Source: Lepidodermella squamata (Eukaryota > Animalia > Gastrotricha). Taken from it: a stretch of 64,000 nt of DNA. The stretch covers positions 3,100,001 to 3,164,000 of the forward strand of contig JBLDXI010000003.1 of NCBI GenBank assembly GCA_047495785.1. The letters run 5' to 3'. Below the pieces are notes generated by a model. It did not search any database. It worked only from the letters and a program-made list of their open reading frames with translations, and was not told the DNA's origin. The first letter of the stretch is position 1. Every line of letters begins with the position of its first letter. Positions 35,578-46,816 of the stretch are shown here, piece after piece. Position numbers and translations under genes: made by a program.

Positions 35578-37938
35578 ATGAAGTGCAAAGTCCTTTCCGC
35601 TATTCTTCTTCCCTTCTTGGTGGTACCAGCAAGATGTGACAGGCCACCACTACAGAGGCTGAAGATTTTATCGTTGTTACCCTTCACTGGTTCAGAGCCA
35701 ATAACTTTTCGAACTTGTCAGGCGACGCAGAAAATGGTCATGGACAATGTGAACAACAGAACTGATATCCTACCTGACTACCATTTGGAATTCGAATGGC
35801 AAAACGAAGGCCCGTTTTCTTCCCTGTCCGTGCAGAAAGGAATCGACTTTTTGACGAAGTATTACGCTCCAACAGAACCAGGCCTATATGCTTCGCCTTT
35901 GTCTCTCGGACCGCTCTACACCCCGGGTTGCATCAACTGGGGGAGGGTTGCGGCCTATGCTCAGATGGTGACCATAGGGCTGAGTTGCACAGCCCCGTCT
36001 CAAACAGCGAACCGTGAGATGTTCCCGAATTTGTACCGAACCAGAGGTCCGGTTGACCTCGCAATCACTGCCAGAGTCCGTTTCATTAAAAGCGCCACAC
36101 CATGGCGTAGGATTGCTAGTTTGGTCCACTTGGACAGCAGCGGATTTGGCTTTGAGTTGGCGATCAGATTCTACGAACAAGCAACTGATGAGGGCATTGA
36201 CATCGGAGCTTTTGAAAGCATCACCGGATCTAGTCGACAAATCTTGGAAACTTTGAAATCAGACGATTATCGAATTTTCACGTTTGACTCCGGGGATTTC
36301 AACACGCTACCTAGTTTCTTGTGCCAGGCTTATCATGTCGGCCTCTCAGGTCCTAAATACGCGTTCCTCTTACCGACAACACTTTTCAACGAACCAACTT
36401 CTCGCCCTGATGAGAGTTTTCCAGAAGGATGTACCACAGCTATTTATTACGAGCAAATGAGGATATCGTATTTCATCGGAGCGCCCTATCGAGCGCTTGC
36501 GCCTAACCAGAAAATCCGCACTGCTTTAGGGCATACCATTACTGATTTCGAGAGACTGTATACCGCTCTTGCTGATCCTAAAGCAAACGACTTTCAATTC
36601 CGGCATCTGTGCTATGACATTGCGTTACAGAGTGTATTGATCCTAGACAAAGCCGAGAAACTTCTATCGCAACAGAATTTGAGCCTGAGAGATTACCAAA
36701 CTGGTAACCGTGATGCTGTCATGCAAGCTGTGAACAAAAGTGCGAGTACGTTAGTATATAACAACCTTCGACACGGCACTTTCCAATATTCAAAACGGCT
36801 AGAGCTCGATAGTGAGGCGCAGTTTGTAGCGATGTGGGATCGAACTCGAAGTTTACACGCCAAGTACAGAATAAAATTAGAGGGCAATAAGACTGATGTG
36901 ACGAACATAAGTTCTTTCATAGTAGAAGACATTTCTCCCCTCCCGGGATTTCCTCGCGATTCAGCGGTTGAGATAGCCTACGACGGGGGCGTTCAACTAC
37001 CTGGTTTCATCGCACTATCTCTCGTCGTCCTGCTGGTATTGGCCATTCAATTATGGTTCATAGGCTGGAAGCGAATTGCACGAAATATTAGCAAGAATTC
37101 TTCGGCGGATTCTATTTTTCTTTCAAGCTACATTCTGAACTTGACAGCTGTACTTTTGAAATCGACGCCATCTACTTTTCGGACGGATGCAACTTGTCAC
37201 GCTAGCGTTTTCTTCATCATAACCGGCTTAACGTCTTACACGAGTGCTTTATGTATGCGACAATATGCTGCTTTTCGGTTCTTGAAAACTACTCAAATTA
37301 AGAATCAAGCTGGTACACAGGGGTCCGTTTCAGTGGTTCACCGCACCGGTACCATGAAGGATCAACATCCGCCCAACTCTGTTACAATCCCTAAATTCAG
37401 ACGGAAAGAAGGACATTTGATCAAATACCCGATATTTATAACGTTAATTGGCGTTTTAATCTGGATTTGTTGGTTTTTCACCGATCCTTTACGAGCAGAG
37501 TCTAGTGAACGGGAGGCAAACCATTACTACGTCGAAGAAACTGACGCTGTCATCTGTCAGAGATCGATTGTATGTGGCTCGGATGATTTTTGGAAATGGA
37601 TTGGAGGATTGATCAGCCTGAACTGCATTCCACTCCTAGGCGGTTCAGCGCTTGCTGTCTTATTGAAAAACTCACAACGGTTCAAAATGTATCCAGAAGT
37701 GAAATTTCTGCTTCTGGCGCATCTTTTCACCGCTACTTTATTCCTCGCTTCAATTGCTCTAATATTCATCTCGACGTCAAGTTTAATGCTTGATTTGACC
37801 ATCTCTATCAGTATGTTGTTACTGTGCTTCGTTAGCAGTGTCCTAATTTTCTATGAACAATTTTCCAGCACCACAGGCTCGTGCAAATCCGCGCTGGCAT
37901 TTTTCTCTTCTTTTCTATATGGTTCAAGGCAGCATTAG
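35578..37938 (+). CDS. Intronless class C GPCR (GABA-B-like), paralogue 3
   Basis: 786-aa ORF with signal peptide, Venus-flytrap domain and 7TM region. Confidence 0.9.
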   Translation: MKCKVLSAILLPFLVVPARCDRPPLQRLKILSLLPFTGSEPITFRTCQATQKMVMDNVNNRTDILPDYHLEFEWQNEGPFSSLSVQKGIDFLTKYYAPTEPGLYASPLSLGPLYTPGCINWGRVAAYAQMVTIGLSCTAPSQTANREMFPNLYRTRGPVDLAITARVRFIKSATPWRRIASLVHLDSSGFGFELAIRFYEQATDEGIDIGAFESITGSSRQILETLKSDDYRIFTFDSGDFNTLPSFLCQAYHVGLSGPKYAFLLPTTLFNEPTSRPDESFPEGCTTAIYYEQMRISYFIGAPYRALAPNQKIRTALGHTITDFERLYTALADPKANDFQFRHLCYDIALQSVLILDKAEKLLSQQNLSLRDYQTGNRDAVMQAVNKSASTLVYNNLRHGTFQYSKRLELDSEAQFVAMWDRTRSLHAKYRIKLEGNKTDVTNISSFIVEDISPLPGFPRDSAVEIAYDGGVQLPGFIALSLVVLLVLAIQLWFIGWKRIARNISKNSSADSIFLSSYILNLTAVLLKSTPSTFRTDATCHASVFFIITGLTSYTSALCMRQYAAFRFLKTTQIKNQAGTQGSVSVVHRTGTMKDQHPPNSVTIPKFRRKEGHLIKYPIFITLIGVLIWICWFFTDPLRAESSEREANHYYVEETDAVICQRSIVCGSDDFWKWIGGLISLNCIPLLGGSALAVLLKNSQRFKMYPEVKFLLLAHLFTATLFLASIALIFISTSSLMLDLTISISMLLLCFVSSVLIFYEQFSSTTGSCKSALAFFSSFLYGSRQH

Positions 37939-38321
37939 CCAATACCTAATTACTAGCATTTGTCTTGTTTCACTTTCAACCTTCACATAATAATAAATAA
38001 TTTGTTCTTCGATATTTTAATGAGGTACTTCAGTTTACCACGCGTGTCTGATATGTCTCGCCGCATGAGAAACCTTTCCGAGATTTAGCGTTAACGGTAA
38101 TTAGCTACACTGATGCCGAAGGAGTTGGATTTCTTTAGAACATCTGTCTGTCTAACCACGAGATTTTCAGAAAAACTATGTCAGCAGTAACGCGGTATCT
38201 AGCGCCATTCTTTTTCTCACCTCGACATCTACTGGGGCTAATTATTTGCTTGAATAATCGCATCGCCAACGCATTGCTTTTGATAGGAACAAAAATAAGT
38301 TTTTTATTCCAATCAGAAATC

Positions 38322-41300
38322 TCAATCATTCGTAATGTTATCAAGCAACAAGGGTTCATCCATTTCGCCTGGTTCCATTTTGTCGCTGCCAGCTGTTGAA
38401 AATCCGTTCCCGCGCTCGCTGAATTTTCCAAAATTAGACGCCAAATAATCTGCTATCAAAGAATGGCCATTCTCCTCAGCAAATCGTAACGCATCCCGCT
38501 GGGATTTATTTCGCATTTTGACTCCGGAAATCAGGGCTTCACTCGGCTGTTCAACGACATCTCCGCCACAAATCACCTTGACAACTTCGAAATGCCCCAT
38601 TCTCGCCGCCACCATTAGTGCCGTAGTCCTATGTCGATCCGTTGAAAACTTGGTAGCTTCGTCCGGGCATTTTTGACACAGAAATCGGACTATATCCACC
38701 TCATTGCGCTCACAGGCGAAATCTAACGCAGTCCTGCCGTCGTTCGTTTTGTTCGCGAAAGCTGCAGGCTTATCGAGGTCGTAGAGGAATTCTACAATGT
38801 CTAAGAAACCTTGACTAGCGGCGTAGATCAAAGCTGTTCCACCTCTGCAGTCACGCTGATTGATCGAGGCTTTCATTTTGCTATGGCATAGATACTTGAC
38901 GATCTCAAATCGGCCATTCATCGCTGCGAACATCAGAGCAGTTTGCTTGTTAGAGTCAACCATTTGATCGTGCTCAACCTCGGTCTTTTCGGCTAATAAT
39001 TTGATGACATTGATATGGCCGAAGCGAGCTGCCCGAAGGAAAGCTGTTTTCCCAGATTTATCTGCATTGTTGACAAGAGTTTTGTCTTTACTGAGAAGAA
39101 AATCTACTACATCTGCCGCACCGTTGATCGCAGCAAGTAGAATAGGAAGTCTGTGCTTTTTGTCACAATGCTTCAAAAGATTAGCTTGATTCGAAGACTT
39201 TTCATAGAAAAATTCAACGATTTTGAGCTGGCCAAAATGGCAAGCGACATGAAATGCTGTTTTGCCCCGAGCATCGCAAGCCATGACGTGATTATCACTT
39301 GGATCGAGCTGGTACAGGTAAGTCACAATGTCAAGATGGCCCATCAGAGCAGCGGCGATCATAGGCGTTTCTGCCAACTCATTGCGGCTCATGACGAGTG
39401 ATTGTGAGTTTTCAGTCAATAATTTGACACGATCGAAATCTCCACGAGCTGCAGCTAGGAAGAGTTCGTTCACCTTTTCAGTCAGTCCGTCGTTTTTAAG
39501 GGCTTTGAACCAGTTGAGCTGTTGATATTTCCGAAAGAGTCCGTCTATGGGATTCAGGAATCGAACTATCTTCCTTCGATTAAGTTTATGAGCCACCTTA
39601 GACTCGTCATAGAATAGCTGTAGCAGTAGACAATTATTTTCTTCATCCATAACAGTCATCAGGTCAATAATGTCGATTTTCTCGTTTGAGTTAACGATTC
39701 TCTGGAAATAGCGGAGTAATAACCGGTAAGAGTGATTCACCCCTATCATTGTTTTAGACCCATTGTCTGACCATTCGAAGTTGTACAGATAATGGATGAA
39801 ACTTTGTGATCTCAAAGAACCGGAAACCTTTATCTTGCCGATGTAAGCCAAAAACTTCGGCTCAGCTTTCTGGAAGATTGTCTCCAACAGGCTCCTTCGC
39901 TCGTTATCGACAGCTTTTTTCAAGATATCGGCAGATACGACCGGGTCGTTGGTAAAGTTAGTGAGGAGTTGTGATCTTAATTCTGTCAAATCCTTTGCAA
40001 GCTTGTGGGTTTTAACTGCATTATCCACCGCAGCCTCATGAAGAATTTGATGTACTAGAAATAGGTCTCCTGATTTATTCGTCCCTGTCGCAACAGGCCT
40101 GGCAAGACTCTTTTTGGCGATTTGCCGACATTTCACCAAAGCTCGATGGGGATTAGCACATCGCCAGAGAATCGCCAAATCTTCAATGTCCACCGGCTCA
40201 GCTGGGTCGAAAAGTAAGAAAGCATAATACATCTTCCTTAAATCTTCATCAAGCTGTTCAATGCTGAACTCGAAGAGCTTGGAGACTGTGCTGTATGGAC
40301 CTGCCAGCTTCATGTCTTTCACTTTAACCTCCTCGATGACCAACTCGTATTCGGCGGAGAAATCACGAGCTGTTTCGCAGTCCTGAAATTTCGCAGCTAT
40401 GAGGCTAACAACTATAGGAAGACCGCAGCATTGCTTAGCTAGTTCTTTGAGTTGGGAGTGACTCAGCTTCCCCTTAAGTCTGTAAGCAGTTTCAAACATC
40501 GACACAATCTCCTCTTCGTCAAGCTCGTGGAGACGGTAGACATCGCTTATCAATCCATGCTTTGACGAAAGGATATCTACATCTCTAGTGACGACCAAAC
40601 ATGCGAAACTGGAACAGTTCTCGCGAGCAAACTCCAAAACTTGAACATCGAAAACATCGTCGAGAACCAGTAAAACTCTTTGATTCAGCCTATCCAAGTT
40701 ATCGCATGCTTCTTTCAAGTTGTCGAACCCTGAATCTGCCGCCTTTTCCGCTAATTCAACCAAAGATCGGTTTAATTCAGCTTCGTCGTAACCATTCCCA
40801 GTCCATTTGAAGCAATTGAGCCATAACACCGAAGTAAGACCGCAGTCTTCTTTTAAGAAAGTCGCGTGGTTGTGAATCAGTTGAGAGACTAGAGTTGTTT
40901 TGCCAGTGCCACCACCTCCGCAAATCACTAAAGCACCATCATTAGTCAAATCAGTTTGTTTCATGATCAATTCACAGATTTTCGCCTCGTCAGTTCGTTT
41001 TTGGTACTTCCCGAACTTCGGCACTTTGATAAGCGTGAATCTTGAATGTTTCCGAGGAATGGAAGTGCCATTGTTAGACGGATTGAGAATACGGTCTATG
41101 TGCTTCTCAATCTCCTCTGCAGGATCAGGGAATTTGTAGAGGTCGATGAATATTGAGCTGCTGATGATTGGTGCAAACCATGCTTCATATTCACATTTGC
41201 CACGTTGAACTTTCACGAAAACCATAGGTTTGCCGTTACGGTCGGCTGATTCGGCCTCCTTCCGACAGTCTCGGCTTTTTTGATAGTCATCGCTGAAGAA

Positions 41301-41565
41301 AATTATGACGACATCAGCTTTTCGGATACCCTGGTTTTGAAAGGTTTAAATTTGAAGTTTCAAGATAGGTTATTCTGACCTCTTCCATTCGCTCATTTTT
41401 GTCGCCATACATCTCAGCAGTGTCTATCCAGACGATGTATTTCCGCGTTGAGCTGAGTTTGCTCGCGATAGCTCGAACTTCTTCTTTGGTGTCATTCCAG
41501 CGATAGCTGATGAAAATATTAGCCACGGCTTTTGACTTGCTAACGTCTGCTATATCTTGTGGCAT
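38322..41565 (-). CDS. TIR - NB-ARC - ankyrin repeat protein (NLR/STAND-like)
   Basis: Exon 1 41565-41380 (IFISYRW..VWID), intron 41379-41331, exon 2 GIRKADVVIIFFSDDYQKSRDCRKEAE..; Walker A GGGGTGKTTL, Walker B LLVLDDV, VVTRD, GLPI, LVHQ; about 10 ankyrin repeats. Confidence 0.92.
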
Positions 41566-41925
41566 TATTGTAGAACGTGCAAATGATGCGCACTGTTTTT
41601 ATATGTGCAAATGCTCGCATTATCCTTCAGTATGCATAAAATCAATGGTAAATTAATAATTGAATGCAACTACCTATTCGCTGCATCCCGTATGTGAATA
41701 CAGGTGAGTGCTCCATGATGGCATATGGTATGAATAAGGAATCGGACCGTAAAAACTCACTCAGCTCCGCCTTGTTCATGAATACATCGTGAAATGTTGT
41801 CAAAAAGTTACTTTTAATCGAGAATTGATAAGTAATTTTATTCCGAAAATATATCGATATTATTGACACGCGGCTTTTCACAAATAATTTGATATCACTG
41901 GGAAGAAAGAGTCAAATCAAAGTTT

Positions 41926-43062
41926 TTAGTAGTAGTAACCGCCGTGGCGACCACCATAGCGACCATCGCGATAGCTGCCTGAGACAGATCCGTGGAAGTC
42001 ATGGGTACGGCGTTCAGCCGAGGCGGAGGCGCGTTTGCGGCCGTACTTGGCTCCAGCCTTGCGGGCGTGGGCAGAGTCGGAGACGGAGGTCTTCTTGCTG
42101 CTGGCCTTGTAGTCGCGGGCGTTGCGCGAGTCACGGGCGACGGAGACTGAGGCGCGGCGGTGGTGGGCCTTGTTGCGCTTCGCCTTCTTCGAGGCAGCGG
42201 CGGCCGAGGCCTTCGAGTCGCGGGAGGCGTAGGCAGCAGAGTGGGCCTTGCGGGACTTCTTGCCGTGGGCCTTCTTGGCGGTCTTTTTGCGGGTAGCAGT
42301 GGTGGCAGCGCCGTCAGAGTCGTAGGCACCGAAGTTCTTGGCACCAGATTCGTAGCTGAACTTGTTGACCTTGTTGTGGCCCTTGTCGGTGAAGGTCTTC
42401 TTCTTGAACTCGATCTCTTCACCCTTCTTGTCGCGGGCCTGGTCCTTGGTGAAACCAGCCTTGCGCTTGTGGTCGGCACGGCCGTGCTTCTGGTTGCGGC
42501 TGTGTTTCTGAGCAGCGGCGGCGGCGCCAGAGTCGGCGTAGGCGTTGTCGTGCTGGGCGAAGGCAGCCGAGCCGCTGTGACGCTGCTTGCGGTTACGACG
42601 CTTGCTACCGGCCTTGGACTTCTTCTGGTCGTAGGCGGAGTCACGCTTGCCAGCCGAGGCGTAGCTGGCCGAGGCGCGTTCGTGGCTGGCCGATCGTTCC
42701 TTGATCAGCTTGCGCTTGTCGCTTGTTCGTGCGTTGTGGGAAGCATCAGCCGAGGCGTAGTCGACGGCAGCGTTTTCTTGCTCAGCAGAGGCGGACTTGC
42801 GGTCGTAGGTGTCGCGTTGGTCGACCGAAGCGGAGTAGGAAGTACGGCGACCTCCCTTGCCATGGCCCTTGCCATAACCACCCTTGTGACCATCATATCC
42901 CTTGCCGTAGCCGCCCTTGTGTCCGTCCTTTTTACCGTAGTCGAACGTTGCTGAGCTCAAGGCTGAAAAGAAACAACATGGATATCAATGCTCATTCAAA
43001 ACTGGGTAAATCCTACCGATGCAGCCCAAAGCGATGATTGCCAAAACCAGGACAGTTCGCAT
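41926..43062 (-). CDS. Secreted cationic protein type 2 copy b (360 aa)
   Basis: Exon 1 43062-43017 MRTVLVLAIIALGCI, intron 43016-42963, exon 2 to 41926; carries extra N-terminal DGHKGGYGKG repeats. Confidence 0.9.
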
Positions 43063-43200
43063 TATTCTAGATTAAAGAATATCTAATTGAAAGAGAAATT
43101 GCTCATAGATTACGCTCTTATTTGCAACCTCTGAATAAATAGATTTAACATTTCGACGTAAAATCGAAACTTGAGCAAATAAGTTCTTTCAAGAGTACGT

Positions 43201-43876
43201 CTAATGCCAGAACCAGCCATTGCGACGGCCGTAGAAGTCGCCGGACGAGGACGAGCCGCTGTAGAATCCACGGTGGCCAAAGCGACCGTAGCCGTAGCCA
43301 TGGCGACCACGGCCGTAGAATCCACGACGACCGTGACGGCCGTATCCGAAACCGCGGCGACCGAAGCGACCACCATGGCGACGGCCATAGAAACCGCGTC
43401 CATGGCGACGGCCGCGGAAGGAACCAGACAGGGACGAGCGGGAGCCACGGCGGCCGATGAAGTGGCCACGGCGACCACGGTTGTCACCAGCACTCGCCGA
43501 GGCGGAGTTCTTGTTGACGGAGGCCGAGGCGTAGTTGCCACCGCGACGGCGACCGAAGAAGCCGCGACGGCCACGGTTGTTGCCGGCAGCAGCCGAGGCG
43601 GAGCGGCGGTTGACCGAGGCAGAGGCGAAGTTGCCGCGACGACCCTTGCGGCCGAAGAAGCGACCACCACGACGGTTGTCACCGGCCGAGGCGGAGGCCG
43701 ATCGCTTGTTCACCGAGGCGGAAACATTGTTGCCACCACGTCCTCGCTTGCCAAGGTTCGCCGAGGTCGCGACTGCACAAGAACAAATGTGAAACGTGCG
43801 CAATAATTGACGAAAAAGTGGATCAATTACCAATGCAGAATAGGGCGATAATAGCCGCGAGGAAAATGAAACGCAT
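43201..43876 (-). CDS. Secreted cationic protein type 1 copy b (205 aa)
   Basis: Exon 1 43876-43831 MRFIFLAAIIALFCI, intron 43830-43773, exon 2 43772-43201 nearly identical to copy a. Confidence 0.9.
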
Positions 43877-44347
43877 TTTGAATTGAAAAATAAATATATA
43901 AATTTAATAATTCGGAAAGCTGATGATTAGAGCAAATTCAAAACCGCTCTTTTAAAGCCACAAATGGGATTGTTGAATAATTTCCGCCGCATAAGCACCT
44001 GCCTGGTTTGATGATCGCGTGCGGAATTTGTATTGTTTTTCACCCTGTTTTGAAAAAATTGTTTTTCTTCGATATAAACAGGGTCACCACTCACCGCACG
44101 CGCCGGAAAATCGAAACACGCGGAAGCCACGCCAGATTTTTTGAGAAAGCAACCAAAACATTCCACCATGTCCCCAAACATGCCACTATCAGAAAATCTC
44201 ATGGAATTTGTGAATGAGAATTTTTCTTCAGGGTTCAGGGCAGCGCGCTGTGAAGGCGTTCAAGTCTTCAACTTGAAGGTTTCTCATTACTTTCACCCTT
44301 GTAAAAACTTCGACATAGGCTCAGCAGAAACGCTAAGTTTTATTTTT

Positions 44348-46816
44348 TCAAAAAGCTATATCGAGACCATTTCCAGTCACTTTTCGCACTGTATCCAAAC
44401 TATTCTTAGCCTTCAGCGGCGCATGACGAAGTGAATCCAAGCTATTCTTAGCTTTCAGTGGTGGGTGACGTATTGTATCCAAACTCCCCTTAGCTTTCAG
44501 CGGTGAGTGATATTTCGAGGCCAGAGGCGAGACTTGGATTCCATTCTCAGCTCGAAGGAAAAACATGATGGTCAGAAAGCAGCCTGCAGATAGCAGCAAA
44601 CAAGAAACCGAGAGTAAAATACTCTGAGCAGTGTAGGATGGTAAAACAGCGTAGAGCAACATACTGCCGATCAAAATCGCCAATACGTAAATCGCTACCA
44701 CACTAACAGCTTGAAAAATTGTCAAAGCCCTAACCCAAAGCTTTTGATTCAGCAAAAATATGATGACACCAAATACAAGAATAGCAACACAGTTAATACC
44801 GGATAAAGACAGAGACCATATGAGATATGTTGATGAATCACAAACTGATGAAGTCGGTAGAATGAAAATATCTTCGAGTGATTCATAGATCAGACGCTCA
44901 ACTAATATCGGTTTAGTGGACACAAAAGGCGGATCACTGAGCAGCCACGCAGTCAACAGAACTGCAGTTATCAAGGTTGGTAAAAGGCAGTTGAACTTCT
45001 TGAATTTTCTGGTCCAAAAGTCTTCGTTCGGAGCGTGAAACCCTTCGTGCTGCGACATCCGATATGTTTTAGCATGCCCAACTGCTTTAGTTGTTGACGA
45101 CTTGACATTCCACAGAAATTGCAGAGAAGTGCTTAGGAAAGTTTGCAAAAATCCGAAAGCTAACGCTACAGATATTGGCCTCAAGTAGCAAAGAAGATAC
45201 GATGAAGGTTCGTTGCTGATCGAGAACAAAATACAGGACGCGTTGAAGAAAAGCATCGAAGAGAAAATGAACCCCATAGCCAGTCGAACAGGAACACCGC
45301 CCCTTACACTTTGTTTCAGAGTGTAGAAGAATCCGAAAAATTGGCTTATCATCAAAAGGCAAGCAACTAGCGAGATAGTGATCGAAAAGACTTGGTCAAC
45401 CTTCTCGAGAACATCTACGACTACTGATCTATCACGTTGGGGCCTTCCGTTTTTCGTGAACCATTTAACTGGGGTTAATTTCTGGAAATAGTGACTATCT
45501 AAGTTGAACGGATCACTTCCATTGTGAATCTTGCTGCGGTAATGGAAAACAAGGCCTGTCTCGTGGGTCCATCGTGATATTGCCTGCACTTCAACTTCAT
45601 CCATTTCCAAGGTCTTTTGGTCGTAATGGAAGCCCTTCAAACGCAACCCGTCAAAGCTGGAGAGAGCCACTGATTCATTTACGATTTTCATGACAAATTC
45701 TGGTTCATTCACATAGTCACGAAGGGTAAGGTTGTAGTTGCTTAGCACATGCTCAGTCCTGTTAAGGGCTAATAGACCCTTCAGTGCAGTGTCATGGCAA
45801 AACAAGCGTTGTCCGTAATCTGCAGGCACTATGCCCTGCGTCTTCTCTGAGAAGCGTTTTTCGAAAAAATCCAATGAGTAGCCGGCTGTAGTTACCTTCG
45901 TCGGGGTCTCAGTATCGACCGGTTGCCATCCCGTCCAAAAGCAATACTTGAGCTGCTCCCTTACGATGTCTCTTGTGCACCAGGGTTTGCCATTGATTTT
46001 CTCTGGCAATACGTGAGGTTCGAAGTAGCTTTCGTAAAGAAATAGGATAGTATATCTCGGTCCTGTTAACCCGTACTTGTACGCCAGACATAGAAAATCG
46101 ACAATCAAAGGCGGTACAGCGATTTGAAAATCTATGACTCGGGGATCACTGGCCAACAAAGCTTCGATTGTTTGCTCAGTTATGTCGTGAACTATGTCGA
46201 AGTGAGAAATCGTCATGTTTGCTTGCTTAGCTTCTTCCTCGATTTTAAAAGCCAATGTGTAGTCAAAAGAATTGTCCGCATAGGTCAAAATCGCAAGCCT
46301 GTTCCATCTTCCGACTTCTTTGATGAATTTGACGTAAGGATAAGCGAGTAAAAGGGCAGACGATGCACTTCGATAAGTATTAGGGTAGAGGTTTCGTTTT
46401 TGAATGTAGGCACCCGAGTTGCACCCAAAGGTGAGTTGAACCATGTTGACGTACTTAGCAGTCATCGCGTAAGCCCCGCATCCAGCAGAATACCACGGTC
46501 CTAGGGTAATAGGTGCTGGGAATTCGTTTTCACCGAGTCGATCGTAATTTCGGACAAAATTCATGACCCGCCTTGTTAGCATAAACGCTCCGCCACCTTC
46601 GTCCTTGTAATCAGGGGTGACCCAGTAATCGCGGAGACCATCCGATCTAGCGTTGAATGAGTCGATTGCGATTTGGACACCGATTTTGCACCCTACGCCG
46701 GTTCTTGGCTCATCCCCGGTCTCAACGAGTGTTACAAGCATTGAAAGGTTGTAGCGCTTGGTTGATGTAGCGATTGACATCAAATTCAAAAAGGAGATCA
46801 GTCTGCTCAGGATCAT
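44348..46816 (-). CDS. Intronless class C GPCR (GABA-B-like), divergent paralogue 4
   Basis: 822-aa ORF; LGPWYSAGC..YPNTYRS..WNRLAIL Venus-flytrap motifs, 7TM region, repeated C-terminal tail. Confidence 0.88.
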   Translation of the reverse strand: MILSRLISFLNLMSIATSTKRYNLSMLVTLVETGDEPRTGVGCKIGVQIAIDSFNARSDGLRDYWVTPDYKDEGGGAFMLTRRVMNFVRNYDRLGENEFPAPITLGPWYSAGCGAYAMTAKYVNMVQLTFGCNSGAYIQKRNLYPNTYRSASSALLLAYPYVKFIKEVGRWNRLAILTYADNSFDYTLAFKIEEEAKQANMTISHFDIVHDITEQTIEALLASDPRVIDFQIAVPPLIVDFLCLAYKYGLTGPRYTILFLYESYFEPHVLPEKINGKPWCTRDIVREQLKYCFWTGWQPVDTETPTKVTTAGYSLDFFEKRFSEKTQGIVPADYGQRLFCHDTALKGLLALNRTEHVLSNYNLTLRDYVNEPEFVMKIVNESVALSSFDGLRLKGFHYDQKTLEMDEVEVQAISRWTHETGLVFHYRSKIHNGSDPFNLDSHYFQKLTPVKWFTKNGRPQRDRSVVVDVLEKVDQVFSITISLVACLLMISQFFGFFYTLKQSVRGGVPVRLAMGFIFSSMLFFNASCILFSISNEPSSYLLCYLRPISVALAFGFLQTFLSTSLQFLWNVKSSTTKAVGHAKTYRMSQHEGFHAPNEDFWTRKFKKFNCLLPTLITAVLLTAWLLSDPPFVSTKPILVERLIYESLEDIFILPTSSVCDSSTYLIWSLSLSGINCVAILVFGVIIFLLNQKLWVRALTIFQAVSVVAIYVLAILIGSMLLYAVLPSYTAQSILLSVSCLLLSAGCFLTIMFFLRAENGIQVSPLASKYHSPLKAKGSLDTIRHPPLKAKNSLDSLRHAPLKAKNSLDTVRKVTGNGLDIAF

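Noticed and set aside
28447-37938. Naming these genes GABBR1/GABBR2
   Set aside because: Fold-level similarity only; conserved GABA-B TM3/TM7 motifs and coiled-coil tails are absent.
41889-43806. Antisense and alternative ORFs over the second cationic pair (41895-42644, 42160-42954, 43110-43682, 43204-43806)
   Set aside because: Same codon-bias artefact.
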